DNA of 64,000 nucleotides from Gordius albopunctatus (Eukaryota): NCBI GenBank assembly GCA_964276515.1, contig OZ193910.1, positions 1,054,001 to 1,118,000 of the forward strand, read 5' to 3'. Shown piece by piece: positions 24,375 to 34,196 of this stretch (position 1 is its first letter; each line of letters starts with the position of its first letter). The notes under the pieces were generated by a model. It saw only the letters and a program-made list of their open reading frames with translations, ran no database searches and was not told where the DNA came from. The position numbers and the translations under genes were made by a program.

Positions 24375-26025
24375 CCACGGCGTAGCCAGGATTTGCTAGA
24401 GGGGGGGGGGTTTAAAATTTTTGAAGCCATATTTTTTTTGGAAGTAATTTTATTTTCGACATATATTATTGAAAGTAAAGTAAAAATACAACAAAAATAA
24501 AATATAACAAAATATTTAAAAACTATAAACAATTAACATCGACGTTTTTTAGATAAAAATGCATTAATAATATCTTCTGTTTTGGGGGTATATTGTCTAT
24601 GTACATTTAACAAGGTTAATCCAGTAAGCCTAAATTAAAAATTAGTAAAACCATTTAATTTACCTTTCTTGTCCCATTGTGTTCCTGAGGTAAGTTTTTA
24701 GTCTTTTTAAAGCTGAAAAACATCTCTCATTAGAGCATGTTGTAACGGGGAGTGTGGCTAAAATATGATATAATGTTTTTATATTTGGATGTAATTTTAA
24801 TTTGGACGCATGATTGGTTAATGTTTCCAATGCAGCATTGGTAGGCAAATTCTCTAATTCACAGTCCTTGAACGACTGATACCACAATTTAATATCCGAT
24901 TTGAATTGTTCTTGAGAGCCGTCAAGATCTTCTTCATAAAAATTTGCCAATTGAAGAAAGTTATTTAATATCTCTGTTGAGAGCATGACAGGGGACTTAA
25001 TTAGAAGGGAATCAAATCCCAACAGTATTTGCTTGTTTTTTTAGAAACCTTTCATCAAGTTCCACCAAAACCGCATCTAAAAAGGAGTTATGCAACGAAA
25101 CTCTGTAATAAGTTTCTGGACAAGATGTTTCAATGTTTGAACGAAGAGTTTGTCGTGAGGCTCTCCTAGGAATAGTAATTTTGAAATCATATATATCTCC
25201 TAGTGACGAGACATCATTGTAGATTGTTCTAAATTCTTCTTGGGAATTTTCCCGCAAATATTGAATCTGTATAAACGCATTTTCGGCTGCATTTATGGCC
25301 TGTGAAAGGTCTATATGAATCCTTTGCAAATAATTGCCAAGATTAATAGTGTAAGAGAAAATTTGATTTAGATATACAAAGACAGCCAAAAGTTGGATGT
25401 CCTTAATGATGAAAGCAAAATCGCCGCATTGGACGATGATTCTTCATCGTCCCATTCACACATCTCCTCCAAGGTAGCAAATATCGCTTCCTTCGCTTCA
25501 CAGAATCTTTGAACATAATTGTGCTTTTGTGTCCATCTAGTTTCACACAGTGATATTAATTTTGAGAATTTAGGGTTATCCGACAATGACAATACTTTAG
25601 AAGTGAAAAGATTAAATCTTTTGGGGGTTGATATAAAATCAGTGATTTTTTTTGACAAGACTATTTGTATCTTTCTCCTCAGAAATGCAAATGTTACTCT
25701 TTTTAGGGAAGTATGTATAAATGGAATATCGCTTCATAATAAGGCGCGGAACTTAAATTTACAAATAAGATCAGTTTGGAAGCTTTTAATCAAAAATACA
25801 AATCCCGAAATTCAAAATTTATTAACTTGTCGACTTAATTTTTTAACATATATATATATAAATATAAACGCAGCACTTGACACTAGCTAAATTAATTATA
25901 ATCATGATTATCAATAATTTTGTGTTGTCAATAATTTTGTGTTGTGCTTTGAAAAAAATAATATCCAGGAGGAGGGGGGGGGGGGGTTCAAACCCGAAAC
26001 CCCCCCCCCCTCCCCTACGCGCTTG
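24375..26025 (-). mobile_element. 5'-deleted hAT transposon of the Tip100/ZMYM1/P52rIPK-like group
   Basis: Perfect 8-bp TSD AACGAGTG; imperfect TIRs CCACGGCGTAG / CTACGCGCTTG; peptides LCETRW, IPRRASRQTLRSN, LATLPVTTCSNERCFSALKRLKTYLRNTMGQER. Duplicated at 49052-50704. Confidence 0.88.
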
Positions 26026-26076
26026 AACGAGTGTGTACTTTTAATATTGGAATTTATAAAATTTATACCCAGCACA

Positions 26077-26211
26077 CATGGACGTAGCCAGGGGGGGGGC
26101 GAAACGATTAAAGGTTCAATTAGGGGGCAGGGGCAAAACATTAATTTTTGTAATTTTTAAGGTTTTTTCCAAATTTTTCCCCGGTCATTCAAGAGGAGGG
26201 GGGCGCCTATG
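26077..26211. mobile_element. Short hAT-type MITE
   Basis: CATGGACGTAGCC...GGGCGCCTATG with TSD CCAGCACA/CCTGCACA. Confidence 0.65.
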
Positions 26212-26659
26212 CCTGCACATATTGGAACGTTGTGGAACAACTAGTGCAATAAGAACATACGGTTAATTATTTTGTTATTAGTTGTACATACATATATTAA
26301 TTTATACCAAAAAATCAATATAATCAAAAGTAAACTCTGATATTCATGTTTAAGGCCCAGTTTTAAATTCCAAAAAATTTCCTCCCATTTCAAATTAACG
26401 TTGCCGTTAAATACTTATTTTTTAATACGGTATATATCGTATATTTAATTTGCAGAATTCCCATATAGAAATTACTGTTGAATGCACCTGCCAACTTTAT
26501 TTTATAAACTTTAGAAGATAATAACAACCCCTTTCAGGGGTGCCCGCAATTAAATTAAAAGAATACTCTAATTAGCGCCATCTATGGGCAATTTTAATTA
26601 GAGACTAATTTGAACTATGTATATCATCCCTATCTTTTTTAGTATGTGACTCGAAAATG

Positions 26660-26714
26660 ATAACAACAGACATATAACGTTTTCGCTCTTATTAGAGCTC
26701 ATCAGTATGCCATC
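26660..26714 (-). ncRNA. Type I hammerhead ribozyme-like motif (Penelope-associated type), slightly degenerate
   Basis: Minus strand reads gatggcata-CTGATGA-GCTCT-aata-AGAGC-GAAA-ACGT-tat-ATGT-C-tgttgttatc. Core boxes present, perfect 5-bp stem II, short stem III with one extra A, GUC cleavage triplet (26671-26669), stem I with G-U pairs and a bulge. Stem I is extended by an imperfect ~40-bp inverted repeat (about 26620-26660 vs 26718-26761). Confidence 0.7.
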
Positions 26715-27139
26715 ATAGTTAATTTTCTAGTCACATAGTAAGCGAGATAGGTGTTATATATAAGGCACAAAATAGATTTAAAAGTTCTTCTTTTTTAAAT
26801 AATAATTTTGGAAAAAATATTTTATTCAAGTCCAAATTTCATCTACTTCCCCATGATTTCTATTATCAATTGTAATTAATATTATATTGTTTGGAATGAA
26901 AAATGAAAGTTCTACCATACAATTGTTTTTAAAAACTATATAGCTGATTTAGTTTTGTATAAAAAAAGCTTGACTGTATATAAAAAATGTTTATTAAATA
27001 TAATATTTAAAAAATGAACTGAACTATGAACTAGTTTATTTTTTTTTAGCAGTATTATATCATTTTTTATTTTTGTAAAGAGAATTACATATTTTGTGAA
27101 GGTAAGATAAATAAATTTAAAAATTAAGAATCGTAGATA

Positions 27140-27360
27140 TTGGGAAGACATTCGGTTATGGCTAATGAATTATATTTACAGATAGTTATGCCGATTTTCT
27201 GTCTTCAGCCGGGGCTCTGGAAATTTCAAAATACTCAGATATTAACAATACTACTATAATGTTTTGTCCCATTGCGATGACTACCCTAACAACCCTTGGC
27301 CCCCTAGCCTTACAACTTTTTAAAAAAATAAGGAAACAAATTTCATTGCTATTTCAAATG
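27140..27360 (+). mobile_element. Degenerate CRE-like 3' fragment (in each 8.67-kb unit)
   Basis: Peptide DSYADFLSSAGALEISKYSDINNTTIMFCPIAMTTLTTLGPLALQLFKKI follows the RLE C-terminal pattern. Confidence 0.5.
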
Positions 27361-27410
27361 TAAATTGAATTCAACTTTTATAGCTAAGTAAGTATACTTT
27401 GTTAACAAAG

Positions 27411-27725
27411 TATCTATGAATCATACAAATTCGTAGAAATAAAGTGAATATTTAAAGCGAATATATGATGAACTCGAGTTCATTTTAGGCAGGTTCCTTG
27501 TTTTGGCAAAACTTGTTATCTATGAATCATATAATTTAGTAAAAACAAATTAAACATTAATAAAGATTATATATGATGAACTCAAGTTCATTGTACCTAG
27601 GAACCTTGTTTTTCCCAAAATTTGTTATTTATGTATTATATAAATTAATAGAAACAAATTAATGAATAGAGAATACAAAATGAACTCGGGTTCAATGTTG
27701 CAGTTAGCTTGTTATTGCAAAACAT
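27411..27725. repeat. Three diverged ~105-bp tandem repeats, each centred on a palindrome
   Basis: ATGAACTCGAGTTCAT, ATGAACTCAAGTTCAT and ATGAACTCGGGTTCAA at ~105-110 bp spacing, each followed by a CTTGTT...AAAA motif. Confidence 0.75.
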
Positions 27726-28157
27726 GGCTTTGATATTAATCGAATACCGAGAAATAGGGTAATTATAACATATATGTTCACTATCTTATAGCTCTTGGTC
27801 TTGTTATTGTTTTTCAAACACGAAAACACGAAAACGCTCAACTTTATAAAATAAAATGTTATAAGATCGTTTTGCAAAGTACATCACGTACCTTTCGCCT
27901 TATTCAGTTTTAATACTAACACATTCATTAATAACCTTTCCTATTTTAGGTTCAGTTCTTTATAAATATCCTTCTTGTGTATATGATTACATATGAATAG
28001 CAATGAATTAAGCACATGAATATATAAATTAATTAATAAAATTTATAAATTTGGGTAAAATGTAAAAATAGTGGCCGCCGGATACTTATCTAAGCGGATA
28101 AAGGGACTATGATGATAAAGGCAGCGATGGCTTAACTGGGGCGAGGGTCAATGTAGT

Positions 28158-29100
28158 TAGAGCCTTGCACGGTTCGCTCAAGGCCCGAAAAATAATCGGG
28201 CCTAATGGGCCAACCCGACTTGCGGTTTTAGCCCGGCCCAAACCAACTCGAATGAGGAACCAATGTAACTTTTATGCTTCAAAAAGTGTTCATAGAAAAT
28301 TAAATTTTTAAATTTTATTTACAAAAGAGGCTTGTCAAATAAGCTCACATAACGCATGTCTTTTCTGGATATATATGGTACAATAGGGTAATTTTCCGAA
28401 CCTTGGTTCAATTTCCTTGTAATTTCCCTTTATTTTATTATAATAATATTTCAAATATTTCATTTTTAAAGAATGTTTCACTATATTTTGAAGCTATTTA
28501 ATATTCAATTCATATTGGCGCTTAAATCATTTGTTTTTTTTTCGATTTCATAATCAGTAATTAAGTTAATTAGCTTATCATGTCTAATTAGAGCCCCAGC
28601 CCGACCCGGGTCAGGCCGCGTTCGGGCAGAATTTGATAAAATTCGGGTCTCGGGCTCGGAATAAGTATTTAAAACTGTAATAAATCTATTTAATTAATAA
28701 TAAATATTCCTTTTTCATTAAGTTAATATTTATTTTCATAATATAAAATTTTTTTTTCACATCACAAACTCTCTTTCAGCTGACCCAAATTCTTTCATAT
28801 ATTTCCTATTGCTAGGTACCAATTATTTAGCCAAATAAGTACTAAGCCAAAGCAACGCTTGGCCGGGCACAGCTAGTATTTTATAAAGTTAGATTTTAGT
28901 TTAAAATTATTAGATGAATAAATTTAGTGAAAATGGATTTCTTACAAGCTTATTCTTGTAAATTGAGATTAATAACATTCTAATGCATTTTATATTTGGA
29001 TGGTGAAATAGATATCAAAAATATAATTTTTTTAAAATTTTATTTGAAAATTCGGGTCGGGCTCGGGTCGGGCTCAAAAATAAAAAGTTTTTCGGGCTTG
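28158..29100. mobile_element. hAT-derived non-autonomous element with CCCGA/TCGGG subterminal motifs, right end missing
   Basis: Left end TAGAGCCTTGCA resembles the TIR TGCAGGGCTCTA at 45102-45113; clusters of GCCCGA/TCGGGC motifs. Confidence 0.6.
28685..28876 (+). mobile_element. Short non-autonomous Helitron
   Basis: Inserted between A and T; 5' TC; 3' hairpin GCCAAAGC-AAC-GCTTGGC followed by CTAG. Copies at 37352-37543, 53365-53556 (CTAG mutated to ATAG) and 62031-62222. Confidence 0.7.
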
Positions 29101-30212
29101 GGGGATTGGTGAAAAGGCAATGACTAGATTGCAATCCTGCTTGGCGTCGCATGAAGGTAAGCGAGGGACCGCGACATTAAACTTGCATCCAAATCTATTT
29201 GGGCATAGAATTGTAGGATATTAACTCCTAAATTGACATTGTCATTCCATAGTGACAAGGCTTGATTGATGAAATGATTGAGTGAGAAATGGATTGTTTA
29301 AAAGATAGGGAGGAAGAGATAAAAGTGGCTAAGGAAATCGCAGTTGGTTGGAGACCACAAGATTTTGTAAGAAGAGTGGCTTGAAGCCAAGTATTTCTGC
29401 AAAAAGATCAACTGAAAAGCAATTCGAGCCTGGATTTAGAAAGCTTTGATAATTTTGTAAATATTTTAAATAAGAAAGCTTGCGGGGAATGGAGACAAAA
29501 TAAAATTTTGCTTAAGTTGTAAGAATTTTTTATAATTGGAAGTAATGGTGAGAGGGCATATATTCAAAAATTTCTTATTTGGTTTTAAAAATGGAAAGTT
29601 TTTCGTCTAAAAAGTTTCTAAAATACTCGAGTGTCCCGATAGGTGCGCCTAAAACATACATGTCATCTTTTTTTAATTTGGGCAAAGTTAAAGAACTTTG
29701 AGTGAATAATATCCAAGTCAGTATAAATTTCACTTTTTGAGGGTTTAAAGATAAGTTTAAATTGGGATAATAATGAAATACATCTACGGCTTGAATCAGG
29801 TTTTCAGGAGTGCTGACAAGAGGGGCATCATTTAGTTCTACCCAACATTAAGGGTGAGTTTAAAAAGTTTTTTAATCTCATTAATTACGTTATTTATAGC
29901 CAAACATAATAAATGGGGGGGGGGGCTATGGGGTCGCCATGTTGGATCCTCTTATTCAAGGAAGAATTCTCCGAATTTCAGCATCGAAGGGCGTCACTGA
30001 CTTAAAATGATGTACTACTTGGTTTAATGCGGAAATAGCTTGAAAATCATTGATGAATGCTGTTCGAGGAATGCTATTAAAATAATTTTAAAAATCCAGT
30101 TTAGGAGTCAGCCAGAGTGGTGAGGTGTTGCAGGGCTAAGCGTGCGCCATGGGTAGCTATCTCGCACCCTCATAGGGCTTTAAAGCCTAGTTGATGCGGA
30201 ATAAATGGCCGG
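29101..30212 (-). mobile_element. Decayed reverse-transcriptase segment of a CRE-like retrotransposon (in each 8.67-kb unit)
   Basis: Broken peptides PHQLGF..GCEIATHGAR, LKLDFKN.FNSIPR, IQHGDPIAP, LNLSLNP, VLGAPIG, WLQATL, ISLATFISS. Confidence 0.75.
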
Positions 30213-30760
30213 GTGATGATAGCTTAGAATATGTTTTATACAAGGTCGCGGCGCTTTCATCAAATATTTACATTAGTTTATCCAGAAATGTTATCTCTCT
30301 CATTCGTCATGTATAGCTGCATGTAAGGTATTATATTTTTTGTTAAAATGCACTCAACAACAAAACGTTATTAAAGAATCTGTTGAAAGCTCAATATATC
30401 GTCTTCAATTGTTTTATACTATGTTATAATTGTTTTATGAATCCCACCGGAGAGTAGCACGTAAATGTTAGGCCAAAACATTTTTGTCACCTTATTCTTC
30501 AATTCCTTTATTTAGTGAATTGCCTCCTTTCGAAAATAGCTTAAGCGCTTTCCAAATATTTTACTTATCGAGGATATGTAGGTAAACTGATTTTGCTGCC
30601 ATCTTCTATAAGCTAATCATTAGCAAGCACTACTAAGCTATTAATTAATATCCAATTTTTTTACGTATATTTATAACTAGGTTCAAGGAATAATCTATAA
30701 TTTTAATGAATCGATGCAATGGCAATCAAAAACATACATAATATTTGTATTTGCTTCTAG
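30213..30760 (+). repeat. Diverged copy of the sequence downstream of the formin stop codon (18003-18490)
   Basis: Collinear shared blocks: ATAG.TTAGAAT.TGTTTTATA..AGTCGCGG, TGTTAAAATGCACT, GTAAACTG.TTTTG.TGC.ATCTTCTATAAGCTA. Confidence 0.75.
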
Positions 30761-30974
30761 CTTTGGATTAAAATTCTACGACCATGGGGGTAGGCAACTT
30801 TGGAATTATATAATTGGAGAATGAACATTTCAATTGGATGGACAGCTTGTAACTGGGATGACAATTCCTAATATAGAAAAACGCGAATATGTATACCTAC
30901 TAATAATTCATTAAGACTTAAATTGGATGTCGGCCGCCTCGTATCAACTGACACATAACTTTAAAAATTAATTA

Positions 30975-31903
30975 GGGGAGACTGGGGCAAGTGGTAGCCC
31001 GGGGTTACTATTATATTTTTGCTTATTTTTTAAAATAATAATGATATTAAATCAAAATTTAAACTAAATGTGTATTTTTCCATAAGGTAAAAGTAAAAAA
31101 ATTTTTGTTTCGAAAAAATAAAATTTAAAATTTTTATAGAACAAAAAACGCTTTTTCGGGGCTATTAGTAGCCTTGACAAATTTTTTTATTTTGGACATA
31201 AAATTTTAATTTAACTCTTATCTTATATGTAAAGGGAGATTTTTTATATAAAAACCATCTAATGATTAAATTTTTATATGCAATATAACATCTTAATTTA
31301 TTGATTGTTTATGAAAAGATGGGTCGGGGCTAGTCGGAGAGGTGGCTATTGCTAGCCATTTTTCATTGTGTCTTACAAATGACAAGATTTAAAAAACAAA
31401 AATCTTGTTTATAATTCAACTTACTGTAATTAGGAATATAAATATGATTATACTTTAAAAAAATGACTAAAACCTTTTTTACATAGCAGAAAATGTCTTT
31501 TAGATGTACTTAAGTCAGATTGTCATCTTGACCCTTTTTTATTTGTTTTATATAAAATACAGTCATATTACTTTTGCAGTTTCTACATTTTTTTTATAAT
31601 GAAACAATCTTTTTATCGATTTGAGTTAGCCTTAGCATACACTACACTAATAAGAAGTGAAAACGTCAGAGTTAATCTATCGGCTATGACTAGCCCCGGG
31701 CATTTTTTAAATTTTTTGGATTTTTGTTTTTTTTTTAAAACTTAATTTGTGAGAAATCTATTAATTATTTCCCTCCAAATTTCTTTCCTATAGTAAAAAT
31801 AGACCTTAAAAATATATCCCAACAAAAAAGTTGGAAAAATAATTTTTAGTTTTTTTTGAAACGCGTTTTAATTTTTTATGGCTAGAGTAGCCCCGGTCTC
31901 CCC
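30975..31903. mobile_element. Non-autonomous TA-targeting DNA transposon (pogo/Tc1-mariner-like)
   Basis: TA|GGGGAGACTGGGGC...GCCCCGGTCTCCCC|TA; internal GGGGCTA/TAGCCCC motifs. Copies at 39642-40570 and 55654-56582. Confidence 0.8.
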
Positions 31904-32917
31904 TAACTGTTAGTAAATATTATACATATTCTACCACCAAAATCGCTAACAATTCTTGTAAGTTGGATTTAAAATAACTAATAGTATATATATAAATATA
32001 TCTAGGAAACTGTTTACTTTTTTAATTTCAATATATAAGAGCTTTACAACTCTTAATTTAAATATCAGGCTCAAAGTGTAGGTCTTTTCAGTCTAATATC
32101 ACAACTTCATCTTTTGAAAAAGGCGTGGCAGGTCGAAAATTGGTAGGATAGCGGTTAAAAATTTAGAGATAAAATCCTTTAACCTTATTTAAAATAGCAA
32201 TGATGACTTATAAATATAAAATTTGACAAAGAACACAATTGATAACATTCTTTGCATTAAGTTGTGTGGACTTTACCCGTATTTAACTCTTTTAGAAAAA
32301 TAAATTATACATTGAAAATGAATAACAGCCCCCCCCCATATCCCTATTACTCAAAATAAAAATAGGTGATGGGAAACACAAACTAGCTACTTTCATTTTT
32401 ATCACTTGTCTTTCCTGCAACAACTTTGAGTTTCTATTATATGAGAAAATGTAAAAATTTTAGACATTTTTTAGTATGCCACATAAACGTTTGAAAAAAT
32501 AACTAATTTTATCTTGACAAAATACTAATGTTAGAGTTAACATAGTTATCATTTGATGAGGCAGAAGGACTAGTTTTTAGCAATTATATTACAAATTAAT
32601 GTTTTTAAACGATGCCAAAAATTAACATCTATTTCATCACTGTATCATCTCACTTTTAAAATGTTTGTATTATTCATCTGCTAGTTGTAGTTACATTATC
32701 GTTCAAACATTTTATTAAATCAATCTACGATGGAGTTATAGTAAACATAAGGAATCCTCTCCTCCTATCACAGCCTGCCAACAACTATATTTAGGTTGGG
32801 CCACGTTGTTTGTTTTCCTTTTCATTGAGCCAATGAGGAAAGGGCTATTATTACAAAATAACATTCATCCTAACTTCCTCAAATATTTTATAATATCATT
32901 AATTTAATTTATTCATA

Positions 32918-34196
32918 ATGAAACAACTATATCACGTATTCATTGCGTTTCTAATATTTAGTATTGCTTTCGAAGGCTACAACTTTTGCTGTCCAGTATA
33001 TAATGAAGTAAACCTTGTTCTATACCTGTTCACATTAAGGAAAAATATATATTAATAATCATAACAATTTTATGTTTAAAATTCAAAGAATATTGTTTAG
33101 ATCAATTGATAAATGTAATTTTAGGGTTCACCAAAAGTTTCTCTTGACTTAAACGGGACTATTGCTCTACCTGTAATGAATGCAACCTACGCACTATACA
33201 TGATCGGAGGTGAGATGCCATTCCTCAAAATTTTATATTTTTTTAATTTTATTTCATTCTCTCTTAATTAAGTTGCCTTTATATTTTAAGTTATTCCTCT
33301 CAAGATTTAGTTAGAATCCTAAGATTGAAGAATTTTAGTTTGCGTTTTTAATAAGATCAATGAAATGGTATTAGGCGATATATATCTAAATTGTTTTACC
33401 ACAAGACCTAGCTACCGCTTAATGGAATTTTCTGTTTAATGTGTTTAAATTTGAATCCTTTCGCTAAGAAATATTACTTTTTGTTAAATAATATAGTATA
33501 AGGCTTACTTACGCCTATATATAATCAATACTATGATTGAAAAGTTGACATTTTTATGTAGAGTATGAGAACGATAAATTTGTTAGTTATGGTGTATTCT
33601 ACAAGTCCGATAAAAATTCGAAATACGAAGCTCTAACAAGGAAGGATTTTAAATTTATACCAGGTAGCCATTGCAAATTTGTCATATTACACAAATAAAA
33701 AGCTACATATGGTTATAAAAAGATGACGTGTTAATAAATTAAATAATTATATAAATTAATTTTTTAACGTAGTGGAGAGAAGTTAGGAATTTTGTGTGCC
33801 TTAGATTCTTATTTGACTCTGTTTGTACAATAATGTTTAATGATTCGGTTAATCTTATATAAAAAATCTTCACAACGAATTTCTTGCATTTTATTTTTAA
33901 ATAAATTTAATTGAGATAATAACAACACATATATTATGTGTTATTAAAGGGAAAACATATTTGGCTATGCAATGGAAACTCACTAATCCTTTACAACAAG
34001 ACTGGATCCCCACTTTCAAGTAAATAAGTTTTGATGTTATTGAACAACGTTTCAATTTAGCACATCTATATACGAAGGTCATGAACGGTTTGAAATGACG
34101 AAAAAAGGTCTGGGTGATAATGGGTGGAATTCATTGCTTTGTGCTAAATTTTCAGTTAGCCATCAATGTCAATCATATAGACTTCATATTGGTTAA
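32918..34196 (+). CDS. Uncharacterised small secreted protein (~160 aa, signal peptide), copy 1
   Basis: Exons 32918-33007, 33125-33209, 33562-33663, 33950-34019, 34061-34196. All are GT-AG and phase-consistent (483 nt), with AATAAA at 34250-34255. Translation MKQLYHVFIAFLIFSIAFEGYNFCCPVYNEGSPKVSLDLNGTIALPVMNATYALYMIGEYENDKFVSYGVFYKSDKNSKYEALTRKDFKFIPGKTYLAMQWKLTNPLQQDWIPTFNTSIYEGHERFEMTKKGLGDNGWNSLLCAKFSVSHQCQSYRLHIG*. The 3' end is ambiguous (further open candidate exons at 34371-34423 and 34814-34902). Confidence 0.7.

Noticed and set aside
26936..27151. 71-aa ORF MSSQYLRF..., present four times
   Set aside because: K/I/F/L-biased translation of AT-rich DNA; the repetition is due to the duplication.
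23890..29100. One CRE element split by a 5.2-kb insertion
   Set aside because: Both pieces contain the same protein region (LSLAGFISS vs ISLATFISS; ARSVAYL vs SRSLAYL), so they are separate, diverged copies.
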